A DNA stretch of 40,440 nucleotides from Candidatus Methanoperedenaceae archaeon (GCA_963753595.1 CAVWCX010000010.1:1-40440), one strand, 5' to 3'. Counted from the stretch's first letter, positions 29,519-39,445 are shown. Notes: generated by a model from the letters alone, not told the origin. A program made the numbers and translations.

Positions 29519-30816
29519 GGCAATACCTAAAAATAAATTAGTAAATTATATAATCTAAGCCATCATATATAGTGGCATGGATACTAACAAGGAGTACACA
29601 TGGTGGCTAAAAGCCCTATCAGGAGCGGATGAAGTTCAAGCAAGACGTTTTGCAGGAGCCATAGCACTTGAAATTGGGTGGGGTGGAGTCTCAAAAGTTG
29701 AAGAATTAACAGGCATGTCCCATTCGACTATCCATAAAGGGATAGAGGAACTCAAAACGTCAGAGAAACTTAAACCTCCAGAAAGACTTCGAGCACTTGG
29801 AGGAGGAAGAAAAAAGGTAGAAATAAAAGATCCCGAAATAATTGGAGATCTTGAAAAAATAATGGATGAAAACACCTCAGGCGACCCAATGAGCCTGCTG
29901 AAATGGACAAACAAATCAACCTACAAGATCGCTGATGAATTGAAAAAGCTAAAACATAAAATCGATCCAGATACAGTAGGACGTTTATTGAAGGAAAACG
30001 ATTACTCGCTTCAGGCCAATAAGAAAAACATCGAAGGTTCTTCAGTTCCCGAAAGAGATGCCCAGTTCAGGTATATAAACGAAAAAGCTAAAGAATTTAT
30101 AAATCAGGAGTATCCCGTAATATCAGTTGATGCAAAAAAGAAAGAAAATGTAGGAGAATTCAAAAATCCTGGAAGAACATGGGAGAAAAAAGGCAAGGCA
30201 AAAGAAGTAAATGTGTATGATTTTCCTTCACTTGGGATTGGAAGGGCGACACCATATGGGATTTATGATCTTAAGAGAAATGAAGGAATGGTAAATGTGG
30301 GAATGAGTTATGATACGTCCGAATTTGCCGTTGAAAGCATAAGGCAATGGTGGCTTATGTTTGGAAGAAATAATTATCCAGATGCAAAAGGTCTGATGAT
30401 ATGTGCAGATGGTGGGGGGAGCAATGGAAGTCGCAATAAAGGCTGGAAATTTCATTTACAAGAATTGGTGAACCAAATAAAAATACCTATTACCGTATGC
30501 CATTACCCTCCTGGGACAAGCAAATGGAACAAGATAGAACATCGCATGTTCTCATTCATTACAATGAATTGGAAGGGGAAACCGCTCGTTAGTTTTGAAA
30601 CAATTATTGAACTGATCAGTGGCACAAAGACAAACAAAGGTCTTACTGTGGCATCGCTATTAGATGAAAAGGAATATAATAAAGGAGTTAAATTCTCTGA
30701 TGAAGATATGGCAAGATTGAAGATAGAATACCATTCTTTACACCCAAAATGGAATTATTCTCTTTCCCCAAAAGAGGAAGGGAATTAATTTAGATAAGTT
30801 ATTTTTCGGCAATCCC
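29519..30816 (+). mobile_element. ISAzo13-family insertion sequence
   Basis: Imperfect IRs ggcaatacctaaaaataaatta / gggattgccgaaaaataactta; TAA duplication at 29516-29518 and 30817-30819 (CTAAG context gives 1-nt boundary ambiguity). Confidence 0.9.
29577..30788 (+). CDS. ISAzo13-family (Rhodopirellula-type DDE) transposase
   Basis: GDPMSLLKWT.KS, YSLQAN.K, ISVDAKKKE, ADGGGSNG.R, PPGTSKWNKIEHRMFS. Confidence 0.93.
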   Translation: MDTNKEYTWWLKALSGADEVQARRFAGAIALEIGWGGVSKVEELTGMSHSTIHKGIEELKTSEKLKPPERLRALGGGRKKVEIKDPEIIGDLEKIMDENTSGDPMSLLKWTNKSTYKIADELKKLKHKIDPDTVGRLLKENDYSLQANKKNIEGSSVPERDAQFRYINEKAKEFINQEYPVISVDAKKKENVGEFKNPGRTWEKKGKAKEVNVYDFPSLGIGRATPYGIYDLKRNEGMVNVGMSYDTSEFAVESIRQWWLMFGRNNYPDAKGLMICADGGGSNGSRNKGWKFHLQELVNQIKIPITVCHYPPGTSKWNKIEHRMFSFITMNWKGKPLVSFETIIELISGTKTNKGLTVASLLDEKEYNKGVKFSDEDMARLKIEYHSLHPKWNYSLSPKEEGN

Positions 30817-32431
30817 TAAGAGTGTTTTTATTCGAAGAGATTAGAGAGATGCCACAACCAAAGAACTCAAAACCATTGTTCCAGTTTGCATTGTTGCCGC
30901 CGAGCGTGTTGTTATTGGAAGAGGATAGGGAGATGCCTGTGCCCAACCCGTAGTCACCGTTATTCGATGCGTTATTGCCACTAAGCGTGTTGTTATTTGA
31001 AGTAACCTTTATCCCTACCTCCGCATTGGTCGCAGAAAACCCTTCAAGCACTATCCCATCCGCAGCGAGCGTGACCGCGTTTCCGCCTCCATTTGCGTAC
31101 ACCACAGGCATCCCGATACCACGCAGGATCAACTGCTTAGTCACGTTCACATTTTCGTAATAGGTGCCGTTATCCACCTGAATCTCATCCCCAGTGCTGG
31201 CATTGTCAATAGCCGCCTGGATAGTTGTGTATTCAGTACCCTTGTTGATGTTATGGACTGAGCCAGTAGTTGTTACTGTTGCTGTGTTATAAGCACGCGG
31301 TAAGTAACCGATATTGGCGCTGGCATTATCAGAGGATACATTGACTGGATTTGTTGATCTTTTTATAACATACATATCCCTGCTAAGGTTATCCAATCGA
31401 GCAACACCAATATCGCCCATCGATATATTGGGTGGGAATCTATGTGTTATCCTACCCCCAGGACTTTCCAATTGACTGATATCCTGTAATCTCATTGAAA
31501 CATGCGAAGTATCTGGAATGATAGGGGAATCTTGTGCCACGGACGGATTTACAATAACTATCGTAAAAATAAAAAATAAAAGAATATTGCTACATTTCAG
31601 AAACGTCATAATATCACTCCTGCGCCGCTCGCTAAACAAAAAGCTTTCATCAACTTCCCCTCTCCCGAATTCCCCTTTATTAAATAAATCATATCATTCT
31701 CCAGCCATCCACCCAGTTTATTCATATCCATCACCATATCTTAACCACCTGCGATATCGCTCGTGCGCTATCATCTGAAACTCCAAAGACCATTAACAAC
31801 AAAAGTCGGCATAAATTTGTAAATTCACAGACTCTGTTCAACACACACCATTTTGGGATCTTATGTTAAAGCAAGCAATGACTAACCTTTATTTAAATGC
31901 TCCTTTTTTATTCAATATAGGATATTATAATTATTCTAATAATCATATCGAATCATGATTAAATCAGCAGGTAAAACACAAAATGCAATTGTGCCACATC
32001 GTTAACATTCCCGACCGGCTCATCTTAGAAAACCGCATTTACTCACTTTACCATCAGGGGATTACCGCACTCAGATCCCCATGTACGATCTCCAGTTCCT
32101 TCATTCGTCCCGGCGCCGAATCCGAATTTTAGGTACTGAACTGCCGCATTCATAAGAGGTTTTTTTATGAAGTGCTATGAATTCTTCTCATATGATAAGC
32201 GCCGAAAATTTATTGCATTTTATTTATATTATAGAAAATTTCACATGCGGAATTTATTTAAAACCAACATGTGGTTTATTTTCATAAATGTTTCAAGGGT
32301 ATTCCAGAGCAAGACGTGAATCGAGAACAGCCCCGATCTCTGCATATCCCACATGGTCAATATCACAGCCTATCCAACTACGGAACACCGCAGGCCTTAG
32401 GCATTTCTACATTAATCATTTTTAGTACATA

Positions 32432-33840
32432 GGTGGTTACCAATTCATAGGTTTGCCTTATAAATTTAACTATTTTTTATACTTGCAGTAAGATTTATAT
32501 TATTCATCCCCCCATTATTATTTTAATCACAAAATTCCAAAGAGGGGATGAACAATGGAGTTTAATGTTGATAAGCAAATAAAAAGCTATTGGAACAAAT
32601 TCATCGGTCAAACCGATGCAAATAATGAAGAGTTTGCAGATGCAACCTCCGAGAACAGCGTTCGGGCATCAAAATTTCTGGAAGGATTAAACCTGGATCC
32701 GATAATGCCTGAAATCAACAAGCATTATACCGTTAAAGAAGGAGTGGAAACCTATCCAAGAAGGGCAATGGTAAAGGCATTTATCTGGAGAAACATAAAG
32801 ACAATAAAATATTATACGAAAGAGGAAAGAAACTTAAGAACACATCCTGATGAGGCACTAGAATTGGGTTTCAATATTGATCCGGATGAAAATATCATAG
32901 TTCCAGATCATGAAACTTTGAGGCATTTCGAAAAAGTGAGACTGGGTAATAAGGGGATGGATTCTATAATGCAACTTTTTTGTATAAAGGTTGTAGAAGC
33001 TGGTAACCGATTGGATTTAAAAATTGGAAAATGCACTGGAACAGATAGTACTCCAATCAAGACACATAACGATCCTGATGGAAAATACAATGGCCATTAT
33101 AAGAAAAAGATGGTCAAAGCACAAATAACCATGGATTATGAGCACAATATTCCTCTGGCCAAAAAGGTATGCGGTGGAACTGAAGATGATGATAAATATC
33201 TTGAAGATATGCTCCGAAAGACAGCAGTATCTGCCGGGATGAACATGGAAGAGACTTGGTTCGATGGCGGTTATAACAGCAACAAAAACATTGCATTTGC
33301 TCATGTTGAAATGGGTTTGATGTCACATTATCATATTGACAAGGATTGGAGAGAAAATGTAAAATACGAGCATAGGTTTAATGGAAAAACCTATATCTAC
33401 TCCCCTGAACAGGAGATTAATTATCTCTATAGAAAAAATTGGCAAGATTCAAAATATAAGAAAGATGCTTCTCTAGAATATAAGATGCAATTTCTGGTCA
33501 AAAAGGGATTTCATGACCCTGTTGCCATGTATTTTAGAAATGACTATATGAATAAATATGATGAGTGTCCCGATAATGTTCTTGATCTCTACCATAGAAG
33601 AAACAGCAACGAAGGAATCAATAGCTATCTGAAAGATCACCTTGAAGTTGAGGTACATTTGAATGGTAAAGGTATGAAGAATATTGATCTTCACGTGACA
33701 GAATGCTGTATTGCCATGCTGGCAGTAGCATTTGCACGATTGCAGCATGGTATAAAAGAAAATCTCTCTTCGGTTGCATATCTCACATAGGAGGTGAAAA
33801 AAAATCTACCAATGGTTTCAAGGGTGTCTTGGTAACCACC
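32432..33840 (+). mobile_element. IS4/IS5-superfamily insertion sequence
   Basis: Perfect 12-bp IRs GGTGGTTACCAA / TTGGTAACCACC; 5-bp target duplication ACATA at 32427-32431 and 33841-33845. Confidence 0.92.
32555..33790 (+). CDS. DDE transposase (IS4/IS5-like)
   Basis: PDHETLRHF, TDST, WFDGGY, Y-x2-R-x3-E-x6-K motif YHRRNSNEGINSYLK. Confidence 0.88.
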   Translation: MEFNVDKQIKSYWNKFIGQTDANNEEFADATSENSVRASKFLEGLNLDPIMPEINKHYTVKEGVETYPRRAMVKAFIWRNIKTIKYYTKEERNLRTHPDEALELGFNIDPDENIIVPDHETLRHFEKVRLGNKGMDSIMQLFCIKVVEAGNRLDLKIGKCTGTDSTPIKTHNDPDGKYNGHYKKKMVKAQITMDYEHNIPLAKKVCGGTEDDDKYLEDMLRKTAVSAGMNMEETWFDGGYNSNKNIAFAHVEMGLMSHYHIDKDWRENVKYEHRFNGKTYIYSPEQEINYLYRKNWQDSKYKKDASLEYKMQFLVKKGFHDPVAMYFRNDYMNKYDECPDNVLDLYHRRNSNEGINSYLKDHLEVEVHLNGKGMKNIDLHVTECCIAMLAVAFARLQHGIKENLSSVAYLT

Positions 33841-33901
33841 ACATATGTAAAATTTAATTAAGGAAACTTTATAAAGGTGAAAACCTATTCTTAATTAATT
33901 T

Positions 33902-34219
33902 ATGAGTGCTGATATTGTTAAAGTTTTAGATTACCAGTTGTCTCATGGTCTTGAATTTGAGAAAAAATACATTGATTCAACCATAAATAAAATTTTCAAG
34001 GTAGAGCTTTCAATGGTGAAACATGAAATCAAAAAGATTGAGGGTAAACTCTCTGAATTTGAAACCTACTATCAAATGAGTTCTGATACTTTTTATAAAA
34101 AGTTTAATGAAGGAAAAATGGGCGATGACAGGGGATATATAAAATGGTTTGCTTATAAAGATTCATATAATAAGCTCATGGAACGTTTAATGGAGATCGA
34201 AAAAATAGTTCATGCTTGA
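33902..34219 (+). CDS. Putative antitoxin (helical; partner of the DUF6516 toxin)
   Basis: L.EFE..Y.MSS..FY.KF..G.MGD...YIKW pattern; overlaps the downstream gene. Confidence 0.7.
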   Translation: MSADIVKVLDYQLSHGLEFEKKYIDSTINKIFKVELSMVKHEIKKIEGKLSEFETYYQMSSDTFYKKFNEGKMGDDRGYIKWFAYKDSYNKLMERLMEIEKIVHA

Positions 34220-34586
34220 AAATTTTCTTGCTGACCTCAAAGCATCGTTGACCGCTTCACATATTGTACGTGATATTGAGATCGATGATGAATTCATTAC
34301 TTCAGTTTCTGGTTTTCTAGATTGTACAGTTGTATTGATCGATGGTTCGACTCTTTATGTTACTGAATATTTTACAATAGCCAGTGATACTATCAGGCGC
34401 GATAAATATTCCTATCATTTGCAAAAAGATGATGATTTCATAATCAGATGGGATAATGCACCTCATCACAAGGAATTATCTACTTTTCCATATCATGTAC
34501 ACAATAAAACTGGGGTTCATGAATCAAAAGAAATGATCATGGATGAAATCCTGGACGAGCTTTCAGGTAAACTTTTGCCAGAATAA
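34212..34586 (+). CDS. DUF6516-family (TumE-like) putative toxin
   Basis: KYSYH...IRWDNAPHH..LSTFPYHVH signature. Confidence 0.8.
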   Translation: MLENFLADLKASLTASHIVRDIEIDDEFITSVSGFLDCTVVLIDGSTLYVTEYFTIASDTIRRDKYSYHLQKDDDFIIRWDNAPHHKELSTFPYHVHNKTGVHESKEMIMDEILDELSGKLLPE

Positions 34587-34663
34587 TCTGGAATAAATAG
34601 CAGAGACTTGCTCGACTACCCTGGTTTTGATGTTGAGTTCCTGTGCGAATATAAATTAATGGC

Positions 34664-34742
34664 TCAACACCGAACCAATAGAACTGAAACAAACCCATGC
34701 TGCCGGAGTTCGTTCAGAGTTCCCATTGAGTTCGTCGTTATT
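34664..34742. repeat. Degenerate copy of the 10-nt periodic palindrome
   Basis: caccgaaccaatagaactgaaacaaacc..gctgccg-gagttcgttca-gagttcccatt-gagttcgtcg; resembles 133-218 including the spacer. Confidence 0.6.
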
Positions 34743-34936
34743 TTTCAATAATTCTATCCTCAAACATATGTTCCATGACTGCATAATTCCAAATTAAGCA
34801 GTTGGATCACTGGATTAGTAGAGTTCAATGCTTGAAAAAAAAGGGGACGGAACATGACTACCATGTAAATTGGCAGCCATGCTTCTCTATTTTGCATTCT
34901 CCGAGACTTAACCAGTGATATCGAAGATTACTTTTA

Positions 34937-37900
34937 TCAGATCTTCTCCAGGATCACATTATCTATGTAGTAGACATCTCCAGGTGCCGCTAAACCTGTA
35001 CCTGCAAAGAAGAATTGTAACCGTGCATTGGTAACACTGCCAGAGTCGATTTCTGTAGTGAAAGTCTGCCAGTTATTATTGAGATTGGCTGTATAAGCTG
35101 ACCCAATTGTGGAATAAGGTGAAACACCGAGGATCAGCCTTGCAACCATATCATGTCCTGTTGTCGAATACGCTACAAAACTTAGGCGATAGCGGGTGTT
35201 TGGTTCAAGAGTTATCTTTTGATATATTTGCATGTTCGTGCCCGTGCTGCTAATGCCAAGCCTTGCAGCATAACTTCCTTCATAACCGGGAGTCACTGCA
35301 GCAAACGTCATGATGCCGTTCGTTGATTTTGACCATAACGCGGCTCCTGATTCAAATCCTGGATTCGTGAGCAAATTGATCGATGTCTTTGCACCCGTGG
35401 TGAACTGCCATTCAAAGGAAGATGGCAGATTATTTCCAGCCATATCCCGGGCACCGGTTCCCATTCTGACATTGTATGCAGTGCTGTAATTCAGGGAAGC
35501 AGGGGTATAGGTCATAGTGTTCCCGCTCCAGCTAAAGCTGCCTGTGGTTGCAGGGATTGTTGAGAACGCTGTCTCAACCGAATCGCTATTCATGGCTTTG
35601 CTAAATGTTATGGTTATCCTGGAACCTGTCGGGACATTAATTCCAATGGGTGTGTTCCCGATAACTGAGGCGGTTTCTATTACATATGTCCCTGTCACTG
35701 CTGTCGTTTGTCCTGTATTGACTGTAACTGTCTGTTGAGACGGTGTTGTATATCCTGAGACCGCACCAAAAGATACTGTATGACTGCCTGTATTCACAGG
35801 TCCGCTCCATGAACCTGTACCTTTAGATACTCCGTCAACCAAAATATTTCCATTAACAGGCGTTGTGGTTACTGAAAGAGTTCCAGGAGTTAGTACATAT
35901 GTCCCTGTCACTGCTGTCGTTTGTCCTGTATTGACATTAACTGTCTGTTGAGACGGTGTTGTATATCCTGAGACCGCACCAAAAGACACTGTATGACTGC
36001 CTGTATTCACAGGTCCGCTCCATGAACCTGTACCTTTAGATACTCCGTCAACCAAAATATTTCCATTAACAGGCGTTGTGGTTACTGAAAGAGTTCCAGG
36101 AGTTAGTGCATATGTCCCTGTCACTGCTGTCGTTTGTCCTGTATTGACATTAACTGTCTGTTGAGACGGCGTTGTATATCCTGAGACCGCACCAAAAGAT
36201 ACTGTATGACTGCCTGTATTCACAGGTCTGCTCCATGAACCTGTACCTTTAGATACTCCGTCAACCAAAATATTTCCATTAACAGGAGTTGTGGTTACTG
36301 AAAGAGTTCCAGGAGTTAGTACATATGTCCCTGTCACTGCTGTCGTTTGTCCTGTATTGACATTAACTGTCTGTTGAGACGGCGTTGTATATCCTGAGAC
36401 CGCACCAAAAGATACTGTATGACTGCCTGTATTCACAGGTCCGCTCCATGAACCTGTACCTTTAGATACTCCGTCAACCAAAATATTTCCATTAACAGGA
36501 ATTGTAGTTGCTGAGAGAGTTCCTGTGAATGTAATATCACTTCCACTTGGGAACATTTGTATTATTTGCGACGATACCTCAATAACGTCCGCCCAATTGT
36601 ATCCTTTCCACACAAATACTTCTGGTGATATGATATGATGTTTCTCTCCACCAGAAATACGATATGTTTCAGGACTTCCCAGTCCCTGTATCAGCAAACC
36701 ATCCGAAATTGCCTCAGTATTAATAAACCTCGGCCCCCACGGAATTGACGCCGGATTGAACACACTTACTGGAAGGACATTCACACTACCCCAGCCTGGA
36801 ACTCCTGACATATTATTGATGACATCCCAGTCTGTGATCCAGTAGAGCTTATTGTTCTGGAACCAGTATACCTCATTTTGGACATCTACCCTGAGAAGAG
36901 ATTTTTCTTTTAACCTATGACCCAAGAATTGATCCATAGCATCAGCAATTCCGTTTGCCATTCGTTGCTGGCCATCTATGCTCCTCAAAAATGCCAAGTC
37001 TCCTGATAACCATCCCATTTCGATGATTGCGCCTGGTGTACTCGTCGCAATACCACCACTTGGATTAAGTGCATAGTAATATATCATGTTATCCGTAAAG
37101 TGACCTACACTTGTATCGCGCGGGAGTCCTGTAGCCGCACCATACGCATTCCACAATGAATCTACTAGCCTATCTGATGCATCGTCATTTCCCGTTTTAC
37201 CAGTACCTTTGGTTCCACCATACCGCGAAACTTTGAATCCCGTATTTGTACCTGCACAATAATCAGCATGTAGTGCGACAAATGCATCTGCCACATAACC
37301 GCTTATCCCACTTCCCGCAGGTTTCACGTCTACTGTATATCCGCGTTGGCGTAATATTTCTGCAGCTTTGTTGGCAACTGCCCAATTAATATCTTTTTCA
37401 TTTGTCTGACCGTCACATGAGTATGCACCAGCATTTGGATAATGACCAGCTTCAATTCCTATTCTCAGTGCCGATGGTGGTGCTGTCAATTTCTCTATAC
37501 TTGTCCCAGATAATCCTAGCCAGTGTTGCACACCATTTGGTCCTATAATGTAGTTTTTGATTTCAGTATATTTTGATGTAGAAAAACCGATATAAATTAC
37601 TGCTTTCCATAACGGAGATGTTGATGGGTTGCTCTGTGGCTCTACTATATTTTGCCAAATATTAGTGTCTTTTCCATCTTGTTTAGCATAAGCCATTGAC
37701 TCTCTCATCGTTCCTTGTCCGGCATTGTAAGCATCAATCACATATTTCCAAAGTTCTGGAAGAGTAGATGGTACTGTCAACGTTATGCCCAAATGATTAC
37801 CACTTAGAAACGTGGGATTCTGCATATTGACCATCTTTTCTTTAAGCATTGTCAACCCTATGTGAATAGCAGTTCTTGGGTCTTGCCAAGTGCCAGCATG

Positions 37901-39445
37901 GACGCCATAATTAGCAGTGCATGGTGTTTGCATCAATCCACAAAAACCGGATACGGATACAGCATCTTTATTAAATCCGCTCTCCGTAGCAATCATGGCC
38001 TTAATAATCAGAGGCGGTAAGGATGGCTGAGTACTACCCCATACTTCAGATATTTCTTCATTAATGATACTATTGTAATCGTTCTCATATGAAAATCCCC
38101 AATTTGTATCTATAGGGCTGGGGACTAGTACATATGTCCCTGTCACTGTTGTCGTTTGTCCTGTATTGACATTAACTGTCTGTTGAGACGGTGTTGTATA
38201 TCCTGAATATGCACCAAAAGATACTGTATAGCTACCTGTATTCACAGATCCACTCCAGGAACCTGTACCTTTGGATACTCCATCCACTAAAATATTACTA
38301 TTGACAGGAGTTGTAGTTACTGAGAGAGTTCCTGTAGTTTGTATTGGCACATATGTCCCTGTCACTATTGTCGTTTGTCCTGTATTGACATTAACTGTCT
38401 GTTGAGACGGTGTTGTATATCCTGAAAAAGCACCAAAAGATACTGTATAGCTACCTGTATTCACAGATCCACTCCAGGAACCTGTACCTTTGTATACACC
38501 ATCCACTAAAATATTACCATTGACAGGAGTTGTAGTTACTGAGAGAGTTCCTGTATTTGTTGTTGGTTCTACAACTTTTAACAGATTCTGGTAAGGGCTT
38601 GGTTTTTTATCGAATAGTATGCTTTTTGTTCCGTCCCATACGCCAAATTGGAGATAATATTCGCCTGGTGTATTTATCGTAGGACTCATACTTGCAATGC
38701 CCTGTTGTCCTGCGCCAAGATATGTTACTCCACTCCAACCATCGTATATCTGAATCCCATTCGAATCCCAGATAGATGCTCCACCATAGAAATTAGCACC
38801 GGTATTTCCCGTATTAGTAAACTGAACATTTATTGTGAAGGGAGTACCCTTAGTTACTGTTATCTTGCTGTTCGGAGAATAACTGTCTATTCTTGCTAAA
38901 ATGGATTCTTTTTTAATCCATTTCACAGCATCAAAACCAACCCTTTTTGTGGCAGAACTTTCACCCGTAGCATCAACTAACTTAATATAATCGTTTCCAC
39001 TGGCAGAGAAATAAAAGTCTCCTAATGTAACCCACACGTTAAAATAACTGGCTTGGTTCACATATCGGGTATCAGTAATACCGTTATGGTAAATAGTGTA
39101 AACTGCATTAGTTGTATCCGCATAATTGCCCGGGATGTAAACATATACTGTATAAGTTCCAGCACCTTCACTAGAGAGGGACGGTTTCCACATGGCATAG
39201 TTGTCTACAGACGACTGACCGTTGTATGTATAAAACATATGATTATTGTATCCTATGGATGCTTCTTTCCAAAAAGAAGGAGTTCCATATTTTGTAAAGC
39301 CAGAACTTTGTTCATCGACGATTACCTCAGCGGATACTACACTCGCGCTACTCCCCAACAACACCAAAAATACCAGCAATGTTCCAATCGCGATACTAAG
39401 GGCACGCCCTCCATAAGCTTTATACTCTACCATATTTTTCACCAT
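34937..39445 (-). CDS. Secreted multidomain protein: golvesin/Xly-like domain, Ig-like domain, 2x PEGA-like, SLT lytic transglycosylase-like, N-acetylmuramoyl-L-alanine amidase (Amidase_3)-like, 4x PEGA-like, Big_5-like Ig, CBM_4_9-like
   Basis: Signal peptide ending VVSA; IIKAMIATESGFN..GLMQ..AYNAG (SLT); IEAGH, NEKDIN, VALHAD, IIEMGW (amidase zinc ligands and catalytic Glu); ITITFSKAMN (Big_5); NLLTNPGFE..YYIDNV (CBM). Start may be the second Met (39433). Confidence 0.88.
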   Translation of the reverse strand: MVKNMVEYKAYGGRALSIAIGTLLVFLVLLGSSASVVSAEVIVDEQSSGFTKYGTPSFWKEASIGYNNHMFYTYNGQSSVDNYAMWKPSLSSEGAGTYTVYVYIPGNYADTTNAVYTIYHNGITDTRYVNQASYFNVWVTLGDFYFSASGNDYIKLVDATGESSATKRVGFDAVKWIKKESILARIDSYSPNSKITVTKGTPFTINVQFTNTGNTGANFYGGASIWDSNGIQIYDGWSGVTYLGAGQQGIASMSPTINTPGEYYLQFGVWDGTKSILFDKKPSPYQNLLKVVEPTTNTGTLSVTTTPVNGNILVDGVYKGTGSWSGSVNTGSYTVSFGAFSGYTTPSQQTVNVNTGQTTIVTGTYVPIQTTGTLSVTTTPVNSNILVDGVSKGTGSWSGSVNTGSYTVSFGAYSGYTTPSQQTVNVNTGQTTTVTGTYVLVPSPIDTNWGFSYENDYNSIINEEISEVWGSTQPSLPPLIIKAMIATESGFNKDAVSVSGFCGLMQTPCTANYGVHAGTWQDPRTAIHIGLTMLKEKMVNMQNPTFLSGNHLGITLTVPSTLPELWKYVIDAYNAGQGTMRESMAYAKQDGKDTNIWQNIVEPQSNPSTSPLWKAVIYIGFSTSKYTEIKNYIIGPNGVQHWLGLSGTSIEKLTAPPSALRIGIEAGHYPNAGAYSCDGQTNEKDINWAVANKAAEILRQRGYTVDVKPAGSGISGYVADAFVALHADYCAGTNTGFKVSRYGGTKGTGKTGNDDASDRLVDSLWNAYGAATGLPRDTSVGHFTDNMIYYYALNPSGGIATSTPGAIIEMGWLSGDLAFLRSIDGQQRMANGIADAMDQFLGHRLKEKSLLRVDVQNEVYWFQNNKLYWITDWDVINNMSGVPGWGSVNVLPVSVFNPASIPWGPRFINTEAISDGLLIQGLGSPETYRISGGEKHHIISPEVFVWKGYNWADVIEVSSQIIQMFPSGSDITFTGTLSATTIPVNGNILVDGVSKGTGSWSGPVNTGSHTVSFGAVSGYTTPSQQTVNVNTGQTTAVTGTYVLTPGTLSVTTTPVNGNILVDGVSKGTGSWSRPVNTGSHTVSFGAVSGYTTPSQQTVNVNTGQTTAVTGTYALTPGTLSVTTTPVNGNILVDGVSKGTGSWSGPVNTGSHTVSFGAVSGYTTPSQQTVNVNTGQTTAVTGTYVLTPGTLSVTTTPVNGNILVDGVSKGTGSWSGPVNTGSHTVSFGAVSGYTTPSQQTVTVNTGQTTAVTGTYVIETASVIGNTPIGINVPTGSRITITFSKAMNSDSVETAFSTIPATTGSFSWSGNTMTYTPASLNYSTAYNVRMGTGARDMAGNNLPSSFEWQFTTGAKTSINLLTNPGFESGAALWSKSTNGIMTFAAVTPGYEGSYAARLGISSTGTNMQIYQKITLEPNTRYRLSFVAYSTTGHDMVARLILGVSPYSTIGSAYTANLNNNWQTFTTEIDSGSVTNARLQFFFAGTGLAAPGDVYYIDNVILEKI
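35683..36524 (-). repeat. Four near-identical 213-bp tandem repeats (71-aa PEGA-like units); two more copies at ~38130-38552
   Basis: TLSVTTTPVNGNILVDGVSKGTGSWSGPVNTGSHTVSFGAVSGYTTPSQQTVNVNTGQTTAVTGTY; ttccaggagttagt recurs at 35881, 36094 and 36307. Confidence 0.95.

Larger units (their letters stand above)
26121..31609 (-). pseudogene. Large exported NosD/CASH parallel beta-helix protein with six C-terminal Ig-like repeats, split by ISAzo13
   Basis: GGAGTGA + ATG 31609, signal peptide, YTTIQAAID..GTYYENV, GISLxxSxNNTL repeats, LGGNFW; removing the IS and one TAA copy restores a 4188-nt frame (1395 aa, ...KNTL|SGNDASNN...). Confidence 0.9.

Noticed and set aside
30785-31639. 284-aa ORF as an independent gene
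   Set aside because: It is the 5' half of the IS-split gene; its last residues (RDCRKITYLN) come from the IS inverted repeat
31640-32426. Genes or ncRNA in the ~800-bp intergenic stretch, including a ggggat/atcccc hairpin near 32057-32080
   Set aside because: Only short motif-less ORFs and one weak hairpin; not supportable
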